Positions 24,461-35,248 of a stretch of 64,000 nucleotides of DNA are shown in pieces. Each line of letters begins with the position of its first letter. The first letter of the stretch is position 1. Location of the stretch: IMG/VR virus record IMGVR_UViG_3300032285_001531. The stretch is one strand, 5' to 3'. Below the pieces are notes generated by a model. It worked only from the letters and a program-made list of their open reading frames with translations. It was not told the origin of the DNA and did no database searches. The position numbers were made by a program, and so were the translations under genes. This stretch comes from a virus (taxonomy: Duplodnaviria; Caudoviricetes).

Positions 24461-26476
24461 TTATAAATTGTCCCAGCAATCGCAATAACAGGCGATAACA
24501 TTTTGTAATGCTTCCGGTGGTGTTACGGTTGATGGTTTTATTGCGGTAGATATATTAAAAATATCTAAATTTTGAGGGATGAGATTTGTTTCAGGTGATC
24601 CCGCAAAGCTGCCTGGTGTCTGTGCCGCGCCAGTTACTTTTGGAATTCCCAACCCATTACCGGATGTCACAGGTAATTGGTTACTTATATTGTTATCCAA
24701 TTCTAGTCCTGCTAATCCTAACCTTTGTGCGTTTCTAATTTCTCTCAGTAACGCTATTAATGCTTGTCCTCCTATGGTTGATGTATTGGCTATAGCTTCC
24801 AAAACCTGCACAGACTGCAAAGGTTCCGTATCTACAGCATACCCATTCATACTATCTACAAATGAGTATATCGTTTGAGTGCCTGATGTGGCACTACTTG
24901 ACAATGCGGCTGCTCTGATAGTACTTTCTTTTGTTAAAGCAGTACCAACTGCTGTCCACAGTGTATTCAATTCTGTAGCTGCTGCAGTGTTAGCATTATA
25001 TATTGCTAAAATTTCTGCATTAGCTTGTGCTATATATGTAGTCATAGCTGAGTTGTGGTTACTTGAAGTACCCATTTCAGTATACATGTTATCATATATT
25101 GTGGTTAATGTACTTGATTGTAATTGAGTGATTAACTGTTGTATTCTAGCTAAATTATATCCTACTCCTGACATAGCACCAAAGAAGTCTGCCATTGTGT
25201 AAGTACCATAAGGTCCTCCACCTAGTGCAATTGCGTTATATGCGGTAGTTGTTGCTGCATTGTTAACCGGAGTAGATGTTCCATTAACAGTTAAGCCAAC
25301 AGTAACTTCTAAATTAGTTACTACTTGACTAAATTTTTGTATCTCTACATTTTGTATATTTTTTATCTGTAGCATTGCAATACTAAATGCACCGCAAGCA
25401 ATTGCTACATCATCTGGTAAAATTTGTGTTAAATTACTACCAAATCCAAATGTACTTAATTGCATATTTACAGTGCCATTAACATATATCGGATAATAGA
25501 TTTTACTATTAGTAGATGACATAGTTGTGTTATATCTAACAGTTGTTAGACTGTCATAACTATTAGGAAATAATTGTACTGGATTTAATAAATCAGCGAG
25601 ACTAACTAGGCCAGCTGTTTGTGTGTTCAAGCAAGTGCATACATCTTTTAAATCATTATTCACTACTACAGTAAATGCACCGTATATTTTTCTTTCTTGG
25701 TCAATAGTAGGTGTTATTGTTAAATTTAGTATACCAGTTATTTCAGTTGTACTAAGTCCAGAATAGATTAATGCAATATTTACTGGTTCAGTTAACGCAT
25801 TATTTGCTTTTAATGTTCTTAGTAGATTACTAGGAAAACCAAAATCTTTAATTGTTGCTAGATTAATCGCTCTGCCTGATTTAATTAAATCTTGCCCCCA
25901 ATACACAGTAGATTGATTTACTCCTGTGATGTCGGCAGTTATTAAATCATTCATGTTACTATATACACCTGCTAGATAATTATTAGCATTATATAAACTT
26001 GCGATTACTGAATTGTTTGCAGATTTGTATCCTGATGCAGTTAAGAAGCTACTGCAAAAATCACTATATGACCCAGTACCAAATACAAATTCATTATATG
26101 CTTGTAGCGCAATTGTACGCAAGAAGCCATAACGTGATAATGAATTTGTGTATGACACTGTATATGTACTAGCTGGACTATTACCCAATGCAGGAATAGA
26201 ACTTGATCCTATTGATATTAAACTTGTGTAAACAGCCTGACTGATGCTTGATCCAGACACAGCATCAATAACAGGATATGCTAATGCAGTTGCTTGTGAC
26301 AGTTTATTTAATACTGTACCGCTAACCAATGTGCCAGCAGTGTAATTTGATTCAGCCGTACTTGAGCCAATGTAACCCGCAGTAGTTGAATTTATATTCA
26401 ACCCTGTTGATTGCATTAGACTTGCTAATAAATTAATGCTATTTGGAGACTGTTTACCTTGAAGGCTCATGGACAA
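24461..26476 (-). CDS. Probable baseplate/tail structural protein (671 aa, S/T/N-rich)
   Basis: Overlaps the PAAR gene end and has structural-protein-like composition; no catalytic motif recognised. Confidence 0.5.
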   Translation of the reverse strand: MSMSLQGKQSPNSINLLASLMQSTGLNINSTTAGYIGSSTAESNYTAGTLVSGTVLNKLSQATALAYPVIDAVSGSSISQAVYTSLISIGSSSIPALGNSPASTYTVSYTNSLSRYGFLRTIALQAYNEFVFGTGSYSDFCSSFLTASGYKSANNSVIASLYNANNYLAGVYSNMNDLITADITGVNQSTVYWGQDLIKSGRAINLATIKDFGFPSNLLRTLKANNALTEPVNIALIYSGLSTTEITGILNLTITPTIDQERKIYGAFTVVVNNDLKDVCTCLNTQTAGLVSLADLLNPVQLFPNSYDSLTTVRYNTTMSSTNSKIYYPIYVNGTVNMQLSTFGFGSNLTQILPDDVAIACGAFSIAMLQIKNIQNVEIQKFSQVVTNLEVTVGLTVNGTSTPVNNAATTTAYNAIALGGGPYGTYTMADFFGAMSGVGYNLARIQQLITQLQSSTLTTIYDNMYTEMGTSSNHNSAMTTYIAQANAEILAIYNANTAAATELNTLWTAVGTALTKESTIRAAALSSSATSGTQTIYSFVDSMNGYAVDTEPLQSVQVLEAIANTSTIGGQALIALLREIRNAQRLGLAGLELDNNISNQLPVTSGNGLGIPKVTGAAQTPGSFAGSPETNLIPQNLDIFNISTAIKPSTVTPPEALQNVIACYCDCWDNL

Positions 26477-26748
26477 AATACGTCAGGACTGCCTTGGACG
26501 ATACTATGTCCGCAGCTATTTCCTGAACCTACTCTTAGAACTGGGGAACCCTCTGCAAACACACTAGGACTTCCGTCTGTAGTAGTTGCTGCATCATGTG
26601 GTGGGTGAGGATCTCCCCAGGGCGCATGTGGTGTTATTTGGCTTACGTGTAAACCAACTTGTATACCATTTGCGAATACAGTTGCAGCACCGCGCATTAT
26701 TTGCCCGCCCGGTTCATCTGTATCACCTTTACGACTTAGTTGTGGCAT
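26467..26748 (-). CDS. PAAR spike-tip protein (T4 gp5.4-like)
   Basis: LSRKGD...GAATVFANG...ITPH...PPH...GSPSVFAEG.PVLRVG...CGH...GSPDVF. Confidence 0.9.
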   Translation of the reverse strand: MPQLSRKGDTDEPGGQIMRGAATVFANGIQVGLHVSQITPHAPWGDPHPPHDAATTTDGSPSVFAEGSPVLRVGSGNSCGHSIVQGSPDVFCP

Positions 26749-26751
26749 TCC

Positions 26752-27051
26752 TTATCCTAAAACGATTGACTTTTCTGGTACTTGAATACCAGTAGTCGCT
26801 TCAATATACTTAAACTTAACTTGTTCATTAGTTTCAGCGACTATTGCAATACTATTAGTATTTAGTCTATATTTGCTTTGGGAATCAGTGGTAAATAAGC
26901 TTGGAACTAGTCCTAAACCCTTTTGACCGGGTGCCACGCTCACAGGTTCGCTTATTTCTATATAAGTATCAGTTAACTTGATTGCTTTTGCTATTAACTC
27001 TTCACCGCTATTTAATTTAAAGCTGTATACTTGATTTAGTTCGATATTCAT
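26752..27051 (-). CDS. Sm-like fold hypothetical phage protein
   Basis: YSFKLNSGEELIAK...Y...TTGI. Confidence 0.55.
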   Translation of the reverse strand: MNIELNQVYSFKLNSGEELIAKAIKLTDTYIEISEPVSVAPGQKGLGLVPSLFTTDSQSKYRLNTNSIAIVAETNEQVKFKYIEATTGIQVPEKSIVLG

Positions 27052-27060
27052 TGATTTTCC

Positions 27061-27285
27061 TTAATTTGTGAGTTTTTTGCGTAATTCTGTAAATCCACCA
27101 ACATATTCTTCATCTAAAAAGATTTGCGGTAATGTACGTGCTGTGGGTACTGCTTCTAATAACTGTTCTTTCGTCCAGTCATGTGATACGTTTCTTTCTT
27201 CGTATTCAATCCCCTTGCTTTCTAATAATGCTTTTGCCTGCACACAGAAGGGACAGGCGTCCTTACTCCATACTATCGCTTTCAT
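27061..27285 (-). CDS. Glutaredoxin
   Basis: CPFC active site; TLPQIF...YVGGF. Confidence 0.95.
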   Translation of the reverse strand: MKAIVWSKDACPFCVQAKALLESKGIEYEERNVSHDWTKEQLLEAVPTARTLPQIFLDEEYVGGFTELRKKLTN

Positions 27286-27297
27286 GTTACTTCCTTC

Positions 27298-28401
27298 TTA
27301 TAAACTTGGTAACTCATCATAATCAACTACGTCACTCATTACTCCGATAACATAATTGGTTGATTCGTTTTCTTGTAAAGCTGTTTGCTTTTTATTGATA
27401 TTTACATGCTTATTGAACCATGGTATAGGACTTGCTTTTGGATGCTGTTCCTGATATTTGACACCAATATCTTTCAATCTATTAAATGCAGTGTAGTCTA
27501 CAAAATCTTTTAGAATCTCTGCATTTAATCCAATAACGACTCCCTTGCTGAACAAGTATTCAGCCCATTCTTTTTCTTCTCTGATTACATCTAAGTACAA
27601 CTGATACACTTCTTGTTCGCATTCCTGCTTTGCTATTACAAAACGTGGATCATCTTTAACTACATTGTTGATTAACCATGCAGTCCATTCTGTATGTAGT
27701 AACTCATCTTGTAATATCAAACTAATAATATTGCCGTTACCCATATAAATCTTGTTCTCTACCATTGCTAGACTTGTAGCAAAACTTACCATGAAACGTA
27801 ATGCTTCTAGTGCATAGCTTGCGTTCAATGCTAACCATATTGCTTTGATATGTGCTTCTTCACTTACTGAACCAGGTGATGTTTCTTTAAAGCAGTTTAA
27901 TTGATGTAACTTCTCATAGTAATCACCTACATTACTAGCCATGTCAACAATTTCTTTTGTGTCATGTATCTTGTTGAATTCTTCTTTAGGAACTCCGTAT
28001 ACATTACGAATGATGTGGCTATAACTTTTGCTGTGAATGTTAGTTTCAAAGAAACTCCAGTTACTAACTAATGCTTCTAGTTCTGGAATACTAATAACAG
28101 GACTGAATACTTGACTAGGTGCACGACCTTGAATACTATCTAATGCTGTTTGACGTAATAGATTACTTGTAAAGATATGCTTTACTGCTTCGCTTGCATC
28201 TTTGTGGTCAATCTTATCTTTAGTCAATGTGATTTCTTCAGGTACCCAAAAGAAGCCACGTGCTGTTTCTTCGTACTTAGCTACTTTAGGATACTTAACT
28301 TCTTCAAATCGTTGTACGGTTACTGGACCTGCTGGATCTAAAAACATTGTACGTTTTAGATAGTCAGTTTGTTTACTTAAATTATATTGTTCTTTACTCA
28401 T
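27298..28401 (-). CDS. nrdB: Ribonucleotide reductase class Ia beta subunit
   Basis: FFWVPEE, LDSIQGR, ETNIHSKSY (radical Tyr), LEALRFMVSF, DELLH, QENESTNY. Likely start ATG 28401. Confidence 0.97.
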   Translation of the reverse strand: MSKEQYNLSKQTDYLKRTMFLDPAGPVTVQRFEEVKYPKVAKYEETARGFFWVPEEITLTKDKIDHKDASEAVKHIFTSNLLRQTALDSIQGRAPSQVFSPVISIPELEALVSNWSFFETNIHSKSYSHIIRNVYGVPKEEFNKIHDTKEIVDMASNVGDYYEKLHQLNCFKETSPGSVSEEAHIKAIWLALNASYALEALRFMVSFATSLAMVENKIYMGNGNIISLILQDELLHTEWTAWLINNVVKDDPRFVIAKQECEQEVYQLYLDVIREEKEWAEYLFSKGVVIGLNAEILKDFVDYTAFNRLKDIGVKYQEQHPKASPIPWFNKHVNINKKQTALQENESTNYVIGVMSDVVDYDELPSL

Positions 28402-30728
28402 AATACACACGCTTCACAGTTTTCATCATCTAGATCATCTAGTGGATCAAGTTTAGTAAACTCAATCACATTATCCTCTTTTAATGCCGCTTTCGAACCC
28501 ATCTTATTAATTAAACTATAATAGATAGTTTTTAATCCCCATTTATATGCTAACATAAGATTCTTAGCAATTAATGTTGCACTTACTTTACCATCAGTAA
28601 AGTGTGCTGGATTGTAGAAAGTGTTAGTACTTATGCTCTGGTCGATGTACGCTGCTAAAACTGCGCTAGTTTTTAAGTAGTCTAGGCAATCACGTTGATC
28701 CCACATCAACTGATAACGGTTCTTTAGTTTCTTGTACTCCGGAACTACTTGTACAAAACTACCCGCTTTACTTTCTTTAACTGAGATTAGTTCCATTGGC
28801 ATTTCAATACCGTTAGTACTATTCAATACAACTGAACTACTCTCAACAGGAGCAATAGCCATTAGTGTTGCATTTCTAATACCGTATTGTAATAAGTCTT
28901 GTCTTAATGGTTCCCAATCCATGCTAGGGCTAAAATCAGTCAACTCGTTGACACCTTGACTTCTACGCTCCCAAGGGAAAACACCTTTGCCATAATATGT
29001 TTGATTTGATAGTTTGCATGAACCACGTTCTTTAGCTAACTCTACACTAGATTCAGTAAGATAATATGCTTGATGTTCCATCCAACGTTTAACTTCTGCT
29101 AGTGCTGCATCTTCTCCATAACGTAGATGACGCTTTGCATGCCAGTACGCTAAGTTAGTAATACCAACACCTAGTGGTTCAAAATCTTCGTTAGCTAGTT
29201 TACTTTGAATTGACAAGAAGTCCTGATATGTTAATAAGTTACTTAGACTACGGACTAATACACGACATGCTTTACGCATATCTTGTGGATTCTTAAATGC
29301 TCCCCAATTAATTGAACCTAATGTACATAATGCGATACGACCATTGCTATCTTCTATACGCTGAAATGGCTTTGTTGGTAACAAGATTTCTTGACATAGA
29401 TTACTTTGATAGATTGGATTAACTTTAGTATCAAAAGGACCTTGATTGATAACGTTATCAATGTTTACTAGATAGATACGGCCTGTATCTGTACGCTCTT
29501 TTAAGATACCATTCTTAAATATTTCTACTGCCGGTAATACTTTCTTGCGTAAATTCTTCTTATGTTCATATAGATTATACAAACGTTCAAATTCTTCACT
29601 ATCTCTATAGTATGCTTCATACATGTCAGGAACTTCTGCAGGATCAAACAATGTAATGTTCTCGTTATTCTTATAACGATTCCAAAACATCTTATTGACT
29701 ACAACTGAATAATCCATTTGACGTACACGTGTTTCTTCTGTACCTTGATTGTTCTTTAATACGATTAAATCTTCGAACTGATAGTGCCATATAGGGAATG
29801 TAACTGTACAACTTGCGTTACGCACACCGCCTTGACTGCAACTACGTAGATCACCGAACCATTTCTTTAAGAAAGGAATCATGCCTGTATGTTTTATCTC
29901 ACCGTTACGAATTGGTGCGCCTAGTGGGCGAATACGACCTATCTCTAATCCTATGCCTGCACGTTTGCTGGCATACTTTGCCATCATTTCTCCAGCGGCA
30001 AAAATAGAATCGAGAGTGTCATCACTAGTAATAAGTACGCAAGAACTAAACTGCTTAGTAGTAGTGCCCAAGCCAGCAAGAACGGGGGTAGCAAGAGTGA
30101 AATGACCATCACTAGCACATTCGTAATAATCTTTAACATATTTTAACCTTTTAGTTTTGTCCTCATTATGAAACGCAGTGGCGGCTGCAATAGCGTATCT
30201 AACTTGAGGGCTTTCATAGATTTTACCAGTAGCACGATTCTGTACTAGATACTTCTCTGCTAACTGTGCGATAGCAGCATAAGTGTAGCTTTCATCTTTG
30301 CTATGGTCAATGAATAGGTCAATGATATCCCATTCTTCTTTAGTATACCAATCCAATAGTTCACTAGTATACATACCGTGTTCTATATTAGTCTTAACTA
30401 TTTCATATAACGAAGGAGGTTCATACTGACCATATACTTCTTTACGCAACATACTAACTTTTTGGCGACCAGCTACATATTGATAGTTTACGTTGTTTAT
30501 ATCTTCATTCTCAGATTCATCTATCAGATCAACCATAGCTTTGAGTAACAATTCATCAATTGTTTCTGTACTCATGCCATCGTGTAATTGAATTTGTGCT
30601 TTGATTTCTATCATGCTCGGGCTAACGTTATCTATACCCCTGCACCCGTATGCTACTTGTCGTTGAATTTTGCTTATGTCTAAAGGAACTGATTCCCCAT
30701 TTCGTTTAATTACTTGTATGTTGTTCAT
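28398..30728 (-). CDS. nrdA: Ribonucleotide reductase class Ia alpha subunit with ATP cone
   Basis: IKRNG ATP cone, TPVLAG, SSCVL, QGGVR, QSNLCQEI, CTLGSIN, C-terminal CEAC. Confidence 0.98.
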   Translation of the reverse strand: MNNIQVIKRNGESVPLDISKIQRQVAYGCRGIDNVSPSMIEIKAQIQLHDGMSTETIDELLLKAMVDLIDESENEDINNVNYQYVAGRQKVSMLRKEVYGQYEPPSLYEIVKTNIEHGMYTSELLDWYTKEEWDIIDLFIDHSKDESYTYAAIAQLAEKYLVQNRATGKIYESPQVRYAIAAATAFHNEDKTKRLKYVKDYYECASDGHFTLATPVLAGLGTTTKQFSSCVLITSDDTLDSIFAAGEMMAKYASKRAGIGLEIGRIRPLGAPIRNGEIKHTGMIPFLKKWFGDLRSCSQGGVRNASCTVTFPIWHYQFEDLIVLKNNQGTEETRVRQMDYSVVVNKMFWNRYKNNENITLFDPAEVPDMYEAYYRDSEEFERLYNLYEHKKNLRKKVLPAVEIFKNGILKERTDTGRIYLVNIDNVINQGPFDTKVNPIYQSNLCQEILLPTKPFQRIEDSNGRIALCTLGSINWGAFKNPQDMRKACRVLVRSLSNLLTYQDFLSIQSKLANEDFEPLGVGITNLAYWHAKRHLRYGEDAALAEVKRWMEHQAYYLTESSVELAKERGSCKLSNQTYYGKGVFPWERRSQGVNELTDFSPSMDWEPLRQDLLQYGIRNATLMAIAPVESSSVVLNSTNGIEMPMELISVKESKAGSFVQVVPEYKKLKNRYQLMWDQRDCLDYLKTSAVLAAYIDQSISTNTFYNPAHFTDGKVSATLIAKNLMLAYKWGLKTIYYSLINKMGSKAALKEDNVIEFTKLDPLDDLDDENCEACVL

Positions 30729-30738
30729 TTCTCGCCTG

Positions 30739-31173
30739 TTATATTTTTTTTAGTAATGTTGCTATATCGATGTGTTTTTTGACCGTAAAGTCTTGTAGAC
30801 AGTTATTTACTACCGTATCGGGCCAGTAATTAAGTACATATTTTGCGTTATCTACTAGGACTAGTACCACATCGTTACCAAAACTGTCAGTGGCCTCAAC
30901 GATTTTAACGTCATCAATTCCACTCATGTGTAGAGTATAACACATTCCTAACGCTCTTGCAACTGTACAATAGGTATTTTCTACCAGAAGTTCCCATGGA
31001 CTGGGCCAGTTATATATGTCATAGATGTGAAGATAATGGGTAAGAAGTGGAGCTTTTTGCCACCATGCATCCACTTCTATACATTTGGATTTGATATCAA
31101 GGTCTATTATTTGCTGCTTTAAATCATGCCAATTTTGTAATCTTGTTTCGTAATCAACCTGAAAAATGTTCAT
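30739..31173 (-). CDS. Hypothetical phage protein
   Basis: WWQKAP...WPSPWELL.EN.YC..ARALGMCYTL; intact ORF. Confidence 0.6.
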   Translation of the reverse strand: MNIFQVDYETRLQNWHDLKQQIIDLDIKSKCIEVDAWWQKAPLLTHYLHIYDIYNWPSPWELLVENTYCTVARALGMCYTLHMSGIDDVKIVEATDSFGNDVVLVLVDNAKYVLNYWPDTVVNNCLQDFTVKKHIDIATLLKKI

Positions 31174-31927
31174 TTATTGTTTTTGTTAACTTAGATAAAT
31201 CAGCGCACGTATATTTTTGATAGCTATTTTTTAAATGTTCCGGCATTGGAATTTTCTTAACAGGTACATCAAATATGTTAGCTATGTCTAAGAAACTCTT
31301 AGTATAGCCTGAACCAACATTGAAAATTCCACTCTTATTTATGTTAAAAAATTTCTTATGAATATCAATTACATCACTCACGTGAATGAAGTCACGCTTA
31401 TAATTCTCACTACCTTCAAATACATCAATGAATCCATTTTCTATTGCTTGCTTTTTAAACTGATAGAACGGACTTGCTTGTGTACCTTTGTGGTGTTCTC
31501 CTTCAGGACCATATACATTAAAGTACCTGAATATCTGCACTAAAGCAGTTTGCTTATGTTCAGTTAGATATTTTTCAAACATATATTTACTCCATGCATA
31601 TGGAGTTCTAGGATCAACAGGTGCTTTTTCATTAAACTCTGACTTCAATCCATATATACTTGCTGAACTAGCGAATTGGAAGTTAACTTCATGATGTCTA
31701 CAATCTTTATATAACTCTACGCTAAAGTCATAGTTCTGCTCCATAATCTTTTCTACATCTGTTTCCGCAGTAGAACTGATTGCACCTAAATGAATTACCC
31801 AATCGTACTTATGTACTTTTGGATAGTCATCACCCCATTCGTATGTGTCTACTTTATGTTCATCTTGCAATGCGGTGACCATATGACCGCCAATGAAACC
31901 TTTATGACCTGTTACTAATATCTTCAT
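31154..31927 (-). CDS. hldD: ADP-L-glycero-D-manno-heptose 6-epimerase
   Basis: TGHKGFIG, HLGAISST.ETD, ASSASIYG, YAWSK (YxxxK), FRYFNVYGP, HKG.QAS, RDFIHV. Confidence 0.88.
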   Translation of the reverse strand: MKILVTGHKGFIGGHMVTALQDEHKVDTYEWGDDYPKVHKYDWVIHLGAISSTAETDVEKIMEQNYDFSVELYKDCRHHEVNFQFASSASIYGLKSEFNEKAPVDPRTPYAWSKYMFEKYLTEHKQTALVQIFRYFNVYGPEGEHHKGTQASPFYQFKKQAIENGFIDVFEGSENYKRDFIHVSDVIDIHKKFFNINKSGIFNVGSGYTKSFLDIANIFDVPVKKIPMPEHLKNSYQKYTCADLSKLTKTINEHFSG

Positions 31928-32405
31928 AATATTCTAGTTCCTTAATAGTAGTTCTCCAATTACCATTGTGTAGTATAGCTATACCACCAGCAGCACGCCA
32001 TTCTGTTATATTACTACGGCGATCATCAATCAGTATGTCACCCTTCTTGCAATGTACATGTTTATCTTTACTAAATGGACCGAACATTACAGGTATATCA
32101 GGGAACCATAACTGTGCCCACACAACTTTATCTGTAAATGCCCAAGGAACATCATTGCCTTTTGGAACTGCTGATAAAAACTTTAATTGATATTTTTTAT
32201 GTCCGCAGAAATCTCTGCAATAATTTACTAATTGATCTGCGTAGGGTGTTTTGATCAAGTCTCTATAGAGCCTAGTATTACTTGCTAATTTATACCATGT
32301 TTCATCAGGATATATTCCTTCACTAGGAGGCAGTCCTAATGTACGTGCCGCATACTCATCAAAGTCTGCTACAACTCCATCCATATCTAAATATAACGTT
32401 TTCAT
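31902..32405 (-). CDS. HAD-family 5'(3')-deoxyribonucleotidase-like phosphatase
   Basis: YLDMDGVVADF, K..W, ILIDD..SNITEW...GG.AILH. Confidence 0.8.
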   Translation of the reverse strand: MKTLYLDMDGVVADFDEYAARTLGLPPSEGIYPDETWYKLASNTRLYRDLIKTPYADQLVNYCRDFCGHKKYQLKFLSAVPKGNDVPWAFTDKVVWAQLWFPDIPVMFGPFSKDKHVHCKKGDILIDDRRSNITEWRAAGGIAILHNGNWRTTIKELEYYEDISNRS

Positions 32406-32758
32406 TTTTGACTATCACCCGGCATTACTCTATAATTATCTTCTACACTATCCGGAGTGCTTACTTCAATTATAGTACCTTCTTCTATGCAAGTTAATTG
32501 ATGCGGTGACAAAGGTTCATTATGCCAAACATCTCCCTGCTGTAATTCAAATTGTTTTTGACTAGCATCTTCTGTATTGATTATTGTCACAATAAACTTA
32601 CCACTTAACACTAGCCATGTTTCATCCTTCTCAGAATGAAAGTGCATACTAAATTGTGAGTTGGATTTAAAGTTTAATAGTTTACCACAATATTTGTCGT
32701 TTGTAGCAAAGATGACCTCATTGCCCCAAGCTTTTTCTACTACACCTTCTAAACGCAT
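32402..32758 (-). CDS. Cupin (sugar-phosphate isomerase-like)
   Basis: VEKAWGNE...SMHFH..KDETW...H.L...EVSTPD...DNYR. Confidence 0.75.
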   Translation of the reverse strand: MRLEGVVEKAWGNEVIFATNDKYCGKLLNFKSNSQFSMHFHSEKDETWLVLSGKFIVTIINTEDASQKQFELQQGDVWHNEPLSPHQLTCIEEGTIIEVSTPDSVEDNYRVMPGDSQK

Positions 32759-33528
32759 GATATCTCCTCTAACGTAGGGGCATAAACGCCTGTGTGTTGT
32801 ACTGTGACTGCACTAGCACGAATAGCAAACTTTATAGCTTCATCTATATTGCCGTGTGTGACAAGATATTGATATGTTAATGCAGCTAAAAAAGTATCGC
32901 CTGCACCACATACATCAGTCACATCTATATTAGGTGCAGGATAATCTTTACCTTTATATGATGCACCATGTTTACCTATAGTAACTATCAAGTTGCTGCA
33001 CTCTGATTTAATCTTAGTATATTCTAAACTATTGATCTTTACAAACGCACCTTCTAGTCTAGCTAGGTCTGTTTTCTTAGTGTCGATGAATATAGGCTTA
33101 GGACTAAAAGTAACTATAAGTTTTTCAATTATCTCATAGTCAATGAATCCTTTGTCGTAGTCTGATATAACAACTGCATCACATGAATCTATTAAGGATA
33201 GACTAAATCCCTCAAATTTAGTTGGTTTGGTTATGTAATCATCATCTACTCTTAATAGTTGCTGCTTGCTACGCATATCTAAAAATCTAGTTTTAGTTGA
33301 TTCGGGACCTCGTTGAAAGTTTACTTCACATCCTAATGCTTTTAAGTTCTGATGTACGTTGCCTGCCATACCCGGCTTTGTTTCTTTGTGTGTAGGTACA
33401 AACACAGGTACAGGTGCTTCGGGACTAATTCTATCAACTAGTCCATATTGATATACGTCAGTGCATCCATCACCTAGTAATAATATCTTGAATTTTTTTG
33501 GTTGTTGAGTAGTCATCGATAATATCAA
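32749..33528 (-). CDS. hldE: Heptose-7-phosphate kinase (HldE/RfaE N-terminal, PfkB family); true start possibly 33516
   Basis: GD...D.Y.YG.V.RISPEAPVPV, GMAGNV, SDYDKG, IDTK, DVCGAGDTF. Confidence 0.9.
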   Translation of the reverse strand: MILSMTTQQPKKFKILLLGDGCTDVYQYGLVDRISPEAPVPVFVPTHKETKPGMAGNVHQNLKALGCEVNFQRGPESTKTRFLDMRSKQQLLRVDDDYITKPTKFEGFSLSLIDSCDAVVISDYDKGFIDYEIIEKLIVTFSPKPIFIDTKKTDLARLEGAFVKINSLEYTKIKSECSNLIVTIGKHGASYKGKDYPAPNIDVTDVCGAGDTFLAALTYQYLVTHGNIDEAIKFAIRASAVTVQHTGVYAPTLEEISCV

Positions 33529-33862
33529 AAAACACTAATTCTTTACAAACATCTTCACCGATGATTGATTTGCCTTTGTAATCACTGCCTTTTACCATAG
33601 CATCATGTGCACCTATTATAGATTCTAATTCTTCATCAGTATCAAAAATAAAAACATTAGCTACGCATTTTAGATTTAGCAATAATTCTGCACGTTCTTG
33701 TTGTGCATTAACAGGTCTATCTTCGCCTTTTAATTTTTTAACTCTTTCATCACTATCAATAGCAATGTTCAATTCATCACCTAATGTTCTAGCATGATTA
33801 AGCATAGCTAGATGTCCGTGATGTAATATGTCAAATGTTCCGTTTACGATTATTTTTTTCAT
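33470..33862 (-). CDS. hldE: Heptose-1-phosphate adenylyltransferase (HldE/RfaE C-terminal domain as separate gene)
   Basis: NGTFDILHHGH (HxGH), DSDERVKKLKG.DRP, VKGSDY, YSTT. Confidence 0.88.
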   Translation of the reverse strand: MKKIIVNGTFDILHHGHLAMLNHARTLGDELNIAIDSDERVKKLKGEDRPVNAQQERAELLLNLKCVANVFIFDTDEELESIIGAHDAMVKGSDYKGKSIIGEDVCKELVFFDIIDDYSTTKKIQDIITR

Positions 33863-35247
33863 ATAAATTTAAAGTTAGGGTCGTGTACTACATGTTCAGG
33901 AACTACATCTTTATATAAGATTGTAACTACCTCTCCATTTATTTTGTTAATCAATGCATTTATATTTAGATCGGATAGTATCTGTGACATAGATTTTTTA
34001 GTGAATCCTGTCTTATGTGCCATTGGCTCACCAAATCTCTGAACTAATACACGTGAACTATACAATATATCGATTGGGCATATAGGACCAACTGAACTAT
34101 CATATACCGGAGTAAACAAATCTTCCTCAATCATGTGTGCAATACTACCAATATCAGGTACACGCAATACTGCAAATCCATCTTTCTTTAAGACACGTAA
34201 TATTGACTTAAATAAGTCAGGTAATTGATGAAAGTAAACATGTTCTACAACATGACACGCCCATAATGCATCTACACACTCATCCGGTACTTCTTTCATG
34301 TCAACAATGTCACTAATAATATCCGGCTTTGCAACTGCTACATCTAATGTTATTTCTTTCCATGCAGCATCAAAATACGAACACTGCTTCTTACAACTAG
34401 TGCTTCCTGCACCAATATTCAATACAATTTTTTGCGGAGAATCAAACAAGTGATTATACTGTTTTATTTCATCTTCTGCAAATTTATCCCATAGTTCTTT
34501 CCAATCTAGATACGGATCCTTTTCGGTATCTGCTTGTGCATGTAATGCTGCGCTAGGAATAGGAGTAAACAGTAAACAATTACGCTTACTAAACAACTCA
34601 TTGATACTTACATCTTCCATAATACCACTAACAGGTTCACGACCCATTTTGTCAAACAAGTCAAAGTGTTTAATTAGTGTAGGATGATCTAACATGAAAC
34701 AACTTGCTGTACCAAATGCAGTACGCCAATGACGTTTGACACCTAAGTGTACAGTAACCATAGGAGGTGCAGCATTTGTATATCTATATGGATCATCAAA
34801 TGGATAGATGCAAACTGGTAATTTAGTCTTTTCAGTAAATGCATAATATGCATCTACCATTTCCCACAAGCATGTTTCATAGTACAAGTAATCATCTTGT
34901 GCAAAGTAAACTAAATCTACACCATTGTCACGACCATACTCATAGCACTTGAGAATGCTTGGCATGATACCACGTGTTGTTAGATGTTCTAGATTAACTT
35001 TTACCCTACAATCTTTTAGTAGAATATTTAACTTATCCAAAAATTCTTTATCACTATGATCATCAAAAACTTGAAGTCTTATACTAATCTGATCTGGCTT
35101 TAAGTCAGCTAGATAATTGATTGTGTTGATTAACGACTTGACGCAGCGATATGAAATCTCCGCTTTGTCTGTTGACATATAGCGTGTGATTTGTCTTTGG
35201 TTATTACTAACACTATGAGTTTGAAGAACAATTAATAAATCTACCAT
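33859..35247 (-). CDS. Fused glycosyltransferase (GT-A) + class I methyltransferase
   Basis: DDHS, YFAQDDYL; then VLNIGAG...LD...D..D...HVVEH...L.VPD. Likely start ATG 35247. Confidence 0.7.
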   Translation of the reverse strand: MVDLLIVLQTHSVSNNQRQITRYMSTDKAEISYRCVKSLINTINYLADLKPDQISIRLQVFDDHSDKEFLDKLNILLKDCRVKVNLEHLTTRGIMPSILKCYEYGRDNGVDLVYFAQDDYLYYETCLWEMVDAYYAFTEKTKLPVCIYPFDDPYRYTNAAPPMVTVHLGVKRHWRTAFGTASCFMLDHPTLIKHFDLFDKMGREPVSGIMEDVSINELFSKRNCLLFTPIPSAALHAQADTEKDPYLDWKELWDKFAEDEIKQYNHLFDSPQKIVLNIGAGSTSCKKQCSYFDAAWKEITLDVAVAKPDIISDIVDMKEVPDECVDALWACHVVEHVYFHQLPDLFKSILRVLKKDGFAVLRVPDIGSIAHMIEEDLFTPVYDSSVGPICPIDILYSSRVLVQRFGEPMAHKTGFTKKSMSQILSDLNINALINKINGEVVTILYKDVVPEHVVHDPNFKFI

Positions 35248-35248
35248 G

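Noticed and set aside
27298-30728. Intein or intron in nrdA/nrdB
   Set aside because: Both ORFs are uninterrupted and of normal class Ia length.
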